From the NCBI RefSeq assembly GCF_006345805.1, contig NC_043002.1:117428001-117492000 (forward strand): a stretch of 64,000 nucleotides of DNA, in the 5' to 3' direction. Made by a program: the position numbers and the translations under genes. Under the pieces are notes generated by a model. The model was not told the DNA's origin. It saw nothing but the letters and a program-made list of their open reading frames with translations, and made no database searches. The stretch comes from Octopus sinensis (taxonomy: Eukaryota). The stretch's first letter is position 1; the number at the start of each line of letters is the position of its first letter. Of the stretch, positions 1 through 11,573 are shown in pieces.

Positions 1-900
1 CAAGAATAAATTCATCTCAATGTCAGTGATGCAAATCAGCAAAATGTGAACATGAAATATGAAAATTGTGGAGAACTGTGATCATCCAGATCATGTTGGA
101 AACTTCAAATTCTCCCTTCAGCAAAAAAAATCCTCTCACAGAATGCCTTCAGACTAACATACTCAATTAACAAGTAATTTTTTTTTTTATCTGAACAGTG
201 CAAAAAATGCCCTTTAACAAACTCAGTTAACTAAACAACTTATTTTTATAAAAGAACCCAAAGATCCTGAAGTAGCCTATATTGCAGCTTTCTTGAACAT
301 CATACATGGCAATCATTAAATAAGGATTAGCAAAGAAACCAGAAGGACTAGCAGAGACCATCTGAAGAGTACACTACTACACATCCACTAAATGGCTATT
401 GCTTCATTACAGAGCTGGAGCTACAAGTATTGATGATTTGTGTAACCTGCAGAAGTTTTAACAGGCCTTCCAAGCAATGAATCTCTTTAAAAATGACCGA
501 GCATGGCAAATGTGCACAAATCAGTTGGCAGCCACTCAGTCTGCATACTAGCTCAGTAATTTATTGATTGCAGTTCATTTTTCCTCTCCATCTGAGCCTC
601 TAAAATCTATACAACATGTTTTGCAACAATCTTACTCAGGATTTTCTACATTACAAAACAGAAACAACGTCCATTGAAAATGCAACATTAATGATAATGT
701 GCATATTGGATAACCTGTTGTTTCAATATGTGCATTCAACAGTTTATTATGATTTTTCAGCTGCAGACCAACAACAAAATGTTTAACAAAAATTCAAAAC
801 CCTGCAAAAATCTGGTACAAATTCTTCATGGTTCAAAACGTTGCTTATTTTTTATTCAACCTGATAATTGATTCGCTGTCTGAGGAGTTTTTAATAAGAG
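1..900 (+). pseudogene. Highly degenerate Helitron RepHel fragment (Rep-helicase linker)
   Basis: Manual translation gives LLLHYRAGATSIDDLC (~395-445) and AFQAMNLFKNDRAWQMCTNQLAATQSA (~465-545). These parallel LLHEVTGPTSFEDL..EACLARGMLEDDLRWDATLAEIASSHSA in the Helitron at 22865-24118. Many stops and frameshifts. Confidence 0.5.
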
Positions 901-1171
901 ATATTTTATAATTTTCTCTTACATGTATAATATTCTAACTCCTATTAGCAAATGGAACATGCGCAATGGTGAATAAATAATACTAAAAATATTTTCCACT
1001 CTACTGTTTTGATGCGTAATTACTCTGCAAATATTATTTTCCAATATTTTTCTACTCTTATACATGCCTCACACAATTATGACATCTACATACAATGTTG
1101 GCATACTGGAATATACAGATGTGCTTCACGAGGACACGACTTCGATTACAACCCTATCTACATACTATATA

Positions 1172-1206
<35 letters not shown>

Positions 1207-1395
1207 GCACGCATACATATGTACAGAAAGACTGATAGAAAGCACAGGCACGTAGTCCCCTTCTTAATCATATGGTTTTGAGTTCAGTCCCAGTGCATGG
1301 CAACATCGCCAAGTATCACTTATGATAACCAAGATTGACCAAATCCTTGTGAGTGAATTTGATAGATGGAACCTGTAAGAAATCTATCTATATAA
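583..1395 (+). repeat. Left arm of ~810-bp inverted duplication (partner 6652-7460)
   Basis: cctctccatctgagcctcta..gatggaacctgtaagaaatctatctatata reads as the reverse complement of 6652-7460. ORF track gives the same MMRNYSANII peptide at 1009(+) and 7034(-). About 4 substitutions seen by eye. Confidence 0.92.
1240..1385 (+). mobile_element. Degenerate tRNA-derived SINE head, family A (mirrored at ~6660-6800, minus)
   Basis: gagttcagtccc B-box-like motif followed by gtgagtgaatttgatagatggaa, similar to the better copies at 31696 and 32258. Confidence 0.6.
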
Positions 1396-2879
1396 TATTT
1401 GTGTATATCTGTTTATGTTTGTGCTCTATAAAAGTTGCAAGCTACAAGGTTTGCTGTTGTCATTTCTCTGGTTGACAAATTGTCTGCTTCAAGCCTTTCA
1501 AGACATGTGTAATTAAGAGATTCCTTATTTAAAACACAGTCAAGTGTTAATGACAGGAAAGGCATCTGGTTGTGAAAGAATACTTCAATCATTTTTTCAT
1601 TTAAAACATACTTGACTCAAAAAAACATGTAAATCAAACAAGACATATTCAAATACATTCATGTATTTGATGATATTTATATGTATATATACATATGATA
1701 TATGTATATATGATTGAAATATATATATATATATGATGCGTATATATATATATATGTAAGTATATATATGTATGTATATATATATATATGTATGTATATA
1801 TATATGTATGTATATATATATATGTATGTATATATATAGTTAGTTAATTTTTTGGCTCAAAAAGCAAAAATATATATAATATTTATATATGTATAATATA
1901 TATGTACAATAAAATTATATATATAAGATACGTATATATATATATATATGGGCACAGGAAAAAAGTGTGTTAATGTCTGGGAGATTTTTTTGGTAGTAGA
2001 AAAGGCATTTAACTCCTATTTCTAAATTCAGTGCATGGCGAAGCGATTAGCTGACCCCTGATTATAATTATGTTCATAATTATAGAATTTTTGTACATAT
2101 ATGATATATATATATATATATAGAAATGGCAAGATAACAAAAGAATGAAAGAGACCTCGATATTCTGTAAATAGAGGAATTTATCTGTAAATATAATATG
2201 TCGCAATTCTCAGAGTTTTATCATGGCTACGAATAACTGTCATATATATACAGATATATATATATATATATATGTATATGATACGTATATATATATGATA
2301 ATATATCATATTTATATATAATATGTATATATATATGTGTGTATATATATATATATATGATATGTATAATAATAAATATTAGGGAATAAATCCAAATTTA
2401 CAGGGAAAAATCAGATTTAGGATTGAATCCAATTTTATAGTAAAATATTATATTATATTATATTAGAGACAAAACCACTATTATTCAAATCAAACAAAGA
2501 AAGACTTAAGCCAATACATAAAATAATTTATATAAATTAAAATTTAACAATAATAAAAATAATATGATATGTATATATATATAGATATATAGTTAATCCA
2601 AACATGAAAACAAAGAGAAAACACAACAACACGGGGACGTGGAACAAGTATGGACGCTCAGGAAAAGAAAGAAAGAGGATTTAACATTTTGATTGGAGCT
2701 CTTCATCAGAAATATAGGAAAGGGAAAGATATACACACGGTCACATATATTTAAAATTATAATTTAGGGTATCTAAGAGATACCACCACGCAGAAATAGC
2801 AGTCAAAACTTGACTCTAAAACCACATTAAATGTTCATATAGCACCAGGAGGGAAGACAAAGTAAACGAGCAAAAAAAA

Positions 2880-2911
<32 letters not shown>

Positions 2912-2915
<4 letters not shown>

Positions 2916-3251
2916 GGTAAAGACCCCCTTCGGTCATGAATGACCATGGGATTGCACCTAGAAAGTTACCCTCCTAGACACAAGTCCGGGCAAGGTTGTT
3001 TATGGAAGGCCAGCAGTCGCCCATGCATACCAGCCTCCCCTCTCCACGCCACCAGTGTTATCCAAGGGAAAGACAAAGGTCGATACAGCTTGGCACCAGT
3101 GACGTCGCAACTCACAACTCATTTCTACAGCTGAGTGAACTGGAGCAACGTGAAATAAAGTGCCTTGCTCGAGAACACAACACGCAGCCCGGTCCGGGAT
3201 TCGAGCTCACAACCTCACGATCGTAAGCTCGACGCTCTAACCACTGAGCCA
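2912..3251 (-). mobile_element. tRNA-derived SINE, family B
   Basis: Minus strand begins TGGCTCAGTGGTTAGAGCG (A box)..GCTCGAATCCC (B-box-like), then gagcaaggcactttatttcacgttgctccagttcactcagctgtagaaatgag body; ends in (TA)n. Confidence 0.75.
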
Positions 3252-3476
3252 ACATATATCATATACATGATATATGTTTATATATATATATATATATATA
3301 CGTTTAAATATTTGTTGTGCAAGATTTTTTATGTGAAGTCGTGTGTTGAAACAGATGTTGTTATATTTCGGAATGGTCATTTTGCCAGTTTAGCCAATAA
3401 AAACACACGCACTATATATTTGGTGTTATTTTGCTTCGGTGTTATTTATCTTTTACATTAATCTTAATCTTATTTC

Positions 3477-3521
3477 GGCCAGAGTTCTTTCGTCACACTT
3501 CTGTGACTGCATCAGTGGTCC
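3477..3521 (-). ncRNA. Minimal type I hammerhead-like motif, variant core, in PLE 3' pLTR
   Basis: GGACCA-CUGAUGCA-GUCAC(AGAAGU)GUGAC-GAAA-G(AA)CU-C-UGGCC: 5-bp stem II, 2-bp stem III, CUC triplet, imperfect stem I. Confidence 0.6.
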
Positions 3522-3818
3522 TTATTTGTGTCTCTCCTTATTAACCGTCAGCCATTTTGTATTTCTATTGTATGTCTTCATTTGCGCATGCTTATATCTC
3601 TATGTGCGTCTATGTTTATTTAGTGTGTGGGGGGGGATGCCTGTAATATTTGTATCTTCTGTTTATATACATTCTTGTAATTTGTATTGTTTTTGTTGTT
3701 GTTGCTTTCGTTCTAATTTTGTTCATGTGTTTACATCCACCCATTATTATCATTACATATGCTTGTATGTATGTATAACAACAATATTAGTAATAAGAAT
3801 AATAAATCTAATCGAAAA

Positions 3819-3859
<41 letters not shown>

Positions 3860-3981
3860 TACACATATACATATATATATATACACATATACATACATAG
3901 ATATATATACATATATATAGTTATTCATTTCTATTTGTTTATTTATCTGTGTATTTATTATGTTTTCAGGATCTTCTATCA

Positions 3982-5412
3982 TCATATGTTGTGGTGTGTG
4001 CTATTGCTCCATTCTAGTTTTCTATTCAGGCTAGGTTTATTTTCTAAAATATGTGTAGCTTCTGTAATTTGTCTAATTGTTGCATCTGTTCTATGTGTGG
4101 ACAATATCTTAATCTCTATGTTATTGATTGATCCCCCGTGTTCCTGTTCGGCGTGTTGGTACAGAATCGATGAGCTTTTACCTTCCTTGAGTTGTCTCCA
4201 ATGTTCATTCACCCGCTCTCCAATGCTTCTTGCTGTTTCCCCTACGTATGTTACTGTCTTGTTACTGCATCGTCCCTCTATACATCTTATACTATAGACC
4301 ACATTTCTGGCTTTACAGTTTGTTTGTGGGCTAAATCTACATACAGTGCAATAGTTATCCGTACAGAGGGTTCTACTAAAAGGATAGGTTCTACCAATTA
4401 TAGATCTGATAGGGTTGCCTGGCTTTTCAACAACCTTAATTCTTAGTTTAAGTTTATCTAGGGTCCTTCTAAAGCGGTACGCCAGTTCACCTCCAGGGGT
4501 GGTGTCAACGAACACGACACTCTGGTATTTATGGCTATCATACCAAGAGTTGGCCTTCCCTATTTTCTTTTTTGTCCTTTCTATAGTGTTCCATGACTTG
4601 TTCCTATAGATTGGGCAAATCCCATTCCTATCATTACATAATATATTATCAAATTTCTTCATGGCTCCTTTGTATACTCTGATCCTTTCTTTATGGCTGT
4701 AACCTGAGAACTGCATGCGGTGAATGAAATACTGTATGTGTCTCTTTAATTCTGTAGGCTCGCACATGCGTGACACATTTCTCATTATTCTGATGAGGTC
4801 TGCCATCAAAATATTGAATTTGGCATTGCCCGCAATGGCTGAGTTCCGGTGGATCAGGTATTTTGAGGCCATAGGTTTTGCATAGTATGAATGAAGGATT
4901 TGGGTTTTATTTTTCACAATTTCTAGCCAGAGTTCAGTGTCTAGTACTGGTAGTCTATGGTTGGGGTGTTTAGTGGGGTAGTCTATTGTGACCTTAATAC
5001 TCTGGTGGATGGAGTTAGCTATTTGCTGGATGCTCTCCATAGTATTAGTTTCTATTACTATATCAACATTACTCTCTTGTGGGGGTGCCTTTACTACTAT
5101 GTTGATATCATCAACATAGCGAGAGTACATGTTTACGAGTATGGATTTCTGCAGTAGGCATTCTTTAAGCCTTCTGTCCCACCATACCATGAAGAGGTTG
5201 GCCACATCACCAGCGATACTAACACCGATGGCTGCCCCCTCGTCCTGGGCATATATTTTATTATTAAATTTAAATGTGTGGCCTTTTATGGTAACTCTTA
5301 TACCAGCTCCTAGTGCATGTGCGATCATTTTCTTTACCTGATGGACATTTGCGGGGCTCCGTATGGCTCTGGTCCATCCGCGCCATCTTTCTATATGTGT
5401 CTTCCTAGCCAT
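3982..5412 (-). CDS. Penelope-like RT (C-terminal half) + Cys-rich linker + GIY-YIG endonuclease, 476 aa, N-terminally truncated
   Basis: YAQDEGAAIGVSIAGDVANLFM and YSRYVDD (RT), LPVLD/YYAKPM thumb, CTDNYCTVC, NVVYSIRC..YVGETARSIGERVNEH (GIY-YIG), RQITEA..I. The Cys-rich linker suggests a Neptune-like clade (unverified). Confidence 0.9.
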   Translation of the reverse strand: MARKTHIERWRGWTRAIRSPANVHQVKKMIAHALGAGIRVTIKGHTFKFNNKIYAQDEGAAIGVSIAGDVANLFMVWWDRRLKECLLQKSILVNMYSRYVDDINIVVKAPPQESNVDIVIETNTMESIQQIANSIHQSIKVTIDYPTKHPNHRLPVLDTELWLEIVKNKTQILHSYYAKPMASKYLIHRNSAIAGNAKFNILMADLIRIMRNVSRMCEPTELKRHIQYFIHRMQFSGYSHKERIRVYKGAMKKFDNILCNDRNGICPIYRNKSWNTIERTKKKIGKANSWYDSHKYQSVVFVDTTPGGELAYRFRRTLDKLKLRIKVVEKPGNPIRSIIGRTYPFSRTLCTDNYCTVCRFSPQTNCKARNVVYSIRCIEGRCSNKTVTYVGETARSIGERVNEHWRQLKEGKSSSILYQHAEQEHGGSINNIEIKILSTHRTDATIRQITEATHILENKPSLNRKLEWSNSTHHNI

Positions 5413-5661
5413 AGAAGTAATTGTAGGTGGTCTACCTCTTAAACATCTACTGGGGCAGAAACTACTAAGATTATGTAATAAAAATTACAAGAATGTATAT
5501 AAACAGAAGATACAAATATTACAGGCATCCCCCCACACACACACTAAATAAACATAGACGCACATAGAGATATAAGCATGCGCAAATGAAGACATACAAT
5601 AGAAATACAAAATGGCTGACGGTTAGTAAGGAGAGACACAAATAAGTGAGAAGAAAACAAA

Positions 5662-5706
5662 GGACCACTGATGCGGTCACAGGAGTGTGACGAAAGAACT
5701 TTGGCC
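5662..5706 (+). ncRNA. Hammerhead-like motif in the inverted pLTR copy
   Basis: GGACCA-CUGAUGCG-GUCAC(AGGAGU)GUGAC-GAAA-G(AA)CU-U-UGGCC. Confidence 0.55.
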
Positions 5707-5820
5707 GAAATAAGATTAAGATTAATGTAAAAAATAAATGTCACTGAAGCAAAATAACACCAAATATATAGTGCGTGTGTTTTTACTGGCTAAACTGGCA
5801 ATATGACCATTCCGAAATAT

Positions 5821-5867
<47 letters not shown>

Positions 5868-6651
5868 ATATATATATATGATATATACATATGTATATAT
5901 ATATATGATATATGTATGTGTATATATATATATATGATATATACATATGTATATATATATATGATATATGTGTGTGTATATATATATATATTATATATAT
6001 ATATATATATCTCTTATGATAAAAGACAGATTTTCTCTGCCTGTTCCCATGTTTCTTTTTAATACAATTCTACAATATAGAATTTCTTCAATTGGAATTT
6101 ACCTATGATTTTTCCAAGTAGATTCGATTGGGTCATGTCATGTAAAGTTTTTTCAATTTGACCCCCAATTAAGCAAAAATTTGAGAAAACTCAATATTTT
6201 ACGATTTGCCTCTCTCATTTCAAGTGGTTTACTCCTGCTATTACCACCACACTTTCTCCTACTTTCTCTTTGCAAGTGTGAAACTATTAAAGTGAAAGTA
6301 TTATATAACAGGGATGAGCCATTAATAGTGGTCATCCTTTTTGCTAGAGGAAGATCCACTATGGTCTTATATGCTACACCACTGGTTTTCAATTCATATT
6401 AATCAAATTAATATTCAATTTTTCACCCTTATTATGTTTGTGTGTGTGTGTGTATTAGCAATTCGTATAAAATTGCATCAATGACTTGAACTTGAATAAG
6501 TGGTTTCACATAAATGGGGATAAATTAAAAAGGTTTGTTGTTATTATTATTATTACTGTTTGACTATTGTAATCATGTTTGTTGGTTCCTCGTCAGGGAA
6601 ACGTTGTTGTGTTGCATTTGTTAAATAATTGTAAACCGTAAACCTCCCTCT

Positions 6652-6840
6652 TTATATAGATAGATTTCTTACTGGTTCCATCTATCAAATTCACTCATAA
6701 GGATTTGGTCAATCTTGGCTATCATAAGTGATACTTGGCGATGTTGCCATGCACTGGGACTGAACTCAAAACCATATGATTAAGAAGGGGACTACGTGCC
6801 TGTGCTTTCTATCAGTCTTTCTGTACATATGTATGCGTGC

Positions 6841-6871
<31 letters not shown>

Positions 6872-7460
6872 TATATAGTATGTAGATAGGGTTGTAATCG
6901 AAGTCGTGTCCTCGTGAAGCACATCTGTATATTCCAGTATGCCAACATTGTATGTAGATGTCATAATTGTGTGAGGCATGTATAAGAGTAGAAAAATATT
7001 GGAAAATAATATTTGCAGAGTAATTACGCATCAAAACAGTAGAGTGGAAAATATTTTTAGTATTATTTATTCACCATTGCGCATGTTCCATTTGCTAATA
7101 GGAGTTAGGATATTATACATGTAAGAGAAAATTATAAAATATCTCTTATTAAAAACTCCTCAGACAGCGAATCAATTATCAGGTTGAATAAAAAATAAGC
7201 AACGTTTTGAACCATGAAGAATTTGTACCAGATTTTTGCAGGGTTTTGAATTTTTGTTAAACATTTTGTTGTTGGTCTGCAGCTGAAAAATCATAATAAA
7301 CTGTTGAATGCACATATTGAAACAACAGGTTATCCAATATGCACATTATCATTAATGTTGCATTTTCAATGGACGTTGTTTCTGTTTTGTAATGTAGAAA
7401 ATCCTGAGTAAGATTGTTGCAAAACATGTTGTATAGATTTTAGAGGCTCAGATGGAGAGG
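6652..7460 (-). repeat. Right arm of inverted duplication of 583-1395
   Basis: Direct reverse-complement match, ending at tagaggctcagatggagagg (7441-7460). Confidence 0.92.
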
Positions 7461-7994
7461 GAAATTGAATTGTGTCCCTGTTTGGGGAAATTGACAATAT
7501 TTTCACCGTCTTTACGAAGCATTTTTGTTAAAATGCCTTCGATAGAAGAAAGTCCAAAAATCAATTTCGCTGCTGCCGTACACTTCTATACAAGAGGGAG
7601 GACAAGATCCAATTGATCGAAATTGCAAGAGACGGGCCTACAACTTCAGTCTGTTATATATTTTGAATATTGATATCACTAGCGATATCAAGATATAACT
7701 TTGTATTTTGTATTTTATGTGTAGATGTACATGTAATATGTACACATATATACATGCATAATATATCTACCCATACACACATACACACACACATACATAG
7801 GGGCAGGTGTGGCTGTGTAATAACAAACTACGTTCCCTGTGTGGTGACTTGGCATGTGTCTTCTGCTGTAGCTTCAGACCAACAAAAGCCTTCTCAGTGG
7901 ATTTTGTACATATATACAGGCATACATACGTATATATACATGCATACGCTTCATTCCCCTCTTGCCTACATAAGGCATCCATTCTCTTTTAACA

Positions 7995-8332
7995 CAGCAT
8001 GAAGTTTTGTAACAGCACATCCGCTGCCATTCGTGGAAAACGAAGAGACCCTATTCACCTGCGAACGTTTTACACCGCCTTCCACGACTATCAAATTCTT
8101 ACAATTATGAGAACAATAACATGGCTCTTTTCAAGGCAACCTCGCATTCAATTCTTACACCATTCTATGAGGGGGTAGGAACCCCTTTACACGGCTTTCT
8201 ATACACTTACAAATACATTCATTCGCCGTAAACTTATATCAATATTTGCCTGAATAATCATCATAATTCAGTGCAATCATTAACAGTACTTTCAAGCAAT
8301 TCAGCCCCGAGCATCGCCGGGCAATTCTGCTA

Positions 8333-8333
<1 letters not shown>
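7995..8333 (+). mobile_element. Non-autonomous Helitron 3' portion
   Basis: GC hairpin cccgagcatcgccggg (8306-8321) then CTAG (8330-8333)|T into (TA)n. 5' boundary uncertain. Confidence 0.6.
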
Positions 8334-8408
<75 letters not shown>

Positions 8409-8461
8409 ATATATGTATATATATATGTATATATATATATATATATTATATATATATATAT

Positions 8462-9368
8462 ATATAAACGGCAGTTTGTCTGTCTGTCTTTCAACCGATT
8501 CTGATGAAACTTGACACACACATAGCCCAATGTCATAATTCAAAACTAACGCAGCGAAAATTTTGAAAAGTTCCCCCAGTTCTGAAAAAAATCGATAAAT
8601 TCAACATGGGGTCGAGAATCAGAAACACAAACCACAGACTGTCTAGGGGACGTAACTCGACCTTTTTAACTCTCAACTCCATCAATATCCAGCTACTTGA
8701 AGCTATTCCTGGTGATGTCCACATCTACAAATCTATTGATAGGACAGCAGACCCCGCCGAGCTTGCCGATTATCCTGTTGAATTCCTGAATTCACTTGAA
8801 CCGCCAGGCCTGCCGCCACACATCCTGAAGTTAAAAGTTGGTGCGCCCATTATGCTCATCAGGAATTTGGTTCCACCTAAACAGTGCAACGGCACACGTC
8901 TGGTTGTGAAACATTTGCCACCACATTTAATGACGGCCACAATACTTACCCGTTGTGGGAAGGGAGAGGACGTCTTCATTCCACGCGTGCACCTTCAACC
9001 GTCGGGCGCTGACCTACCAATCCACTTCAGGCGTTCTCAGTTTCCTGTTAAACTCTGCTTCACAATGTCCATCAATAAATCCCAAGGCCAAACGCTACAA
9101 GTCGCTGGGTTACAGTTGGGCAAACAGTGCTTTGCCCACGGTCAACTCTATGTGGGATGTACACGCGTTGGGAGGCGCAATGATGTTTTCATGTTTTCGC
9201 CCAAAGGGACAGCTAGGAACATCGTATACACAGAAGTATTCGAGTGAAGAGAAGACATTGCAACCTACACATGCGCCTTCGTTCCCTAGAGGGAAAGGAC
9301 TAGATTGGGATTAGTCGTTGCCTACTAGGGGCTCTTACATACCCGGGCAACGCCGGGCTATGCTGCTA

Positions 9369-9369
<1 letters not shown>
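8462..9369 (+). mobile_element. Internally deleted Helitron carrying the PIF1 helicase C-terminus (ORF 8606-9247)
   Basis: EFLNSLEPPGLPPHILKLKVGAPIMLIRNL..CNGTRL, RRSQFPVKLCFTMSINKSQGQTL, CFAHGQLYVGCTRV. 3' hairpin cccgggcaacgccggg (9342-9357) and CTAG at 9366-9369. Confidence 0.9.
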
Positions 9370-9425
<56 letters not shown>

Positions 9426-9529
9426 TATATATGATAATTATATATTATATATATACATATATATGTACATATATATTTATAGATTATATACATACCTATA
9501 CATGTATTTATATATGATATATCATCGTC

Positions 9530-9762
9530 ATCATCATCATCGTCGTTTAACGTCCGTTCTCCATGCTAGCATGGGTTGGACGGTTCGACCGGGGTTCTGG
9601 GAAGCCAGAAGGCTGCACCAGGCTCCAGTCTAATCTGGCAATGTTTCTACAGCTGGATGCCCTTCCTAACGCCAACCACTCCGTGAGTGTAGTGGGTGCT
9701 TTATATATATATATATATATATATATCATACATGTACATGCTCACACACATATATATAGGGT

Positions 9763-9808
<46 letters not shown>

Positions 9809-9870
9809 CCAACCCGTGCTAGCGCGGAAAACGGACATTAAACGATGATGATGATGATGATGATGATATA
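9530..9870. mobile_element. Two oppositely oriented RTE-type LINE 3' ends with (GAT)n tails
   Basis: (ATC)n-gtttaacgtccgttctccatgctagcatgggttggac at ~9530-9700 and its reverse complement gtccaacccgtgctagcgcggaaaacggacattaaac-(GAT)n at ~9806-9870. Same terminus as the LINE at 14914. Confidence 0.7.
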
Positions 9871-10399
9871 TAATTTGACAGTTTGCATAAAAGAAGAAGA
9901 AAACAATATCCTATCCAACGGTATTTTAAAAACTCAAAATGTATTAGTTAGATAATGACTGGAAGATAACATTTTACTCTAAGTAGCCACCCTCAGCTTT
10001 AACGACTGCTTCACGGCCGCTCTGGAATCTAGTACATCTATTCCTCACTGTGTCTCTCGCAATGCCTCAAACACCCCTTGATCTTGACCACCAGTTTAGC
10101 CTTGGTATTGCAGGCAAGGCCATTGGTATCTTTTGTAGCTGTGCCCTACACATAGTAATCCATGGGATTACAATCAAGGAAACTAGGAAGCTGGAAATTG
10201 GGGCTGGTGAAGTCACTTCTAACTCTTTCTAGAGGTATGCCAAGTTAAAATAAATATGCCATAAAATTAAACCCTTTATGGACAGGAAACCCAGGATAAC
10301 CCCATAAATCGGCCTTCACCAGAAAAAATATAGACCACTCTACTTCTTAGAGTGTGCTTCGCTGGATTTATGTTTTTCTAAAAACGATACATATACCTC

Positions 10400-10810
10400 C
10401 GGCAGGCATTTGATGTAGGCCTCTGTGTTCAGTCTGAGACCATGTGGGAATATGAATGGAAGCATAACATTGCCATTACTAGTGATCACTCCAAACACCA
10501 TGATGTTGGCTGGATGTTTGATTTTTATCACTCTCGGTACATATTTTGGGGACATGGCAAGTCAGTGGTTCTGTGCATTCACCATCTGTTTTTATTGGAG
10601 CGTCCGGCACAAATGCCAACCAGTAAGGCATCTCATTTCCAAATTTCTGGCAGAGTAAATTGTGTCATGGTACTGTTTTTTGCACAGATGGTGCTCAACT
10701 GACCCTACTATACTGTGTAATTAACAAAATCAAAGACAAACAATGCACATGTGTAAAATTAAAACTATGAAATGGTGACAATTTACCCATCGCACCCATC
10801 ACACCCTGTA
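10400..10810 (-). mobile_element. Tc1/mariner-superfamily relic (5' TIR plus transposase fragment)
   Basis: SPKYVPRVIKIKHPANIMVFGVITSNGNVMLPFIFPHGLRLNTEAYIKCL. Terminus TA|CAGGGTG at ~10810 on the minus strand. Confidence 0.65.
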
Positions 10811-11118
10811 TATATGCTGGAGAAATGATTAAATGCAAGTTTGTTTTCTCCATACATTTCAGTTGTGGTTATTTTCAAATTTTTAGCCTTTGCACTAAAT
10901 GTTCCAAGTGCAGTTGGTTACTGAACACCACAGTATATCATCAAGACGACACTTTATTGCATTATTTTATATATGTTCAGTAACACTACTAAGTATAGTA
11001 GTAACCACACCACTTTACTGGAAGCAGATTGGATGCTGATATTCTGCATGGAGTTTGAAACTCAACAGTAGCAGTTGTGCATCTAACTGTACACACAATA
11101 TATACATACATGTATGTG

Positions 11119-11150
<32 letters not shown>

Positions 11151-11537
11151 GGGAGAATTCACAAAAAAACAAAAGATGAAGTCGGGTGGTGTAGACAACA
11201 GATGTATTAGTTTAATGCTCGGGAAGTGAAAAAGTCTTTAAAAAGCCTACATTCTTCCACAGAAAGAAACGGAGAGAAAATACAGTGTAGTGGCTAGCGA
11301 TCTATCATGGCGAATGCCGGACAAAGGGGTCACACAGGAGAGCTAGGAAGAAGGGGAGATAATAAAGTAGTGGTGATCCCAAAATGAAGGTGCACGTGCG
11401 TGTGTATATGAGAGCATATATGGGTGTGTGGATGATGGTGTGGGTGCTGGGAAGTAGTCAGTGCTAGTGTATGCATGGTGGTGTGGTGTGGTGGGAGAGG
11501 TGAGAGTGGGAAAAGCAAGGGTGGGGTGTGGGTTAGG

Positions 11538-11573
<36 letters not shown>

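Larger units (their letters stand above)
3301..5825 (-). mobile_element. 5'-truncated Penelope-like element with inverted pseudo-LTR copy at the truncation point
   Basis: RT+GIY-YIG ORF 3982-5412. 3358-3684 is repeated in inverted orientation at 5482-5825. A ~57-nt tail (3301-3357) is present on the sense 3' end only. (TA)n on both sides. Confidence 0.9.

Noticed and set aside
3190-3251. tRNA gene
   Set aside because: The tRNA-like A/B boxes run straight into a SINE body with no complete acceptor stem; it is a SINE head.
4785-4800. CTGATGA inside the PLE ORF (also at ~8500)
   Set aside because: No stem II plus GAAA follows; chance heptamers.
3982-5412. Selenocysteine-encoding (Naiad-type) PLE
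   Set aside because: Domain order is RT then C-terminal EN, and neither PLE ORF needs in-frame TGA read-through.
8606-9247. Host PIF1 gene
   Set aside because: C-terminal fragment only, intronless, and followed within ~120 bp by a Helitron hairpin-CTAG.
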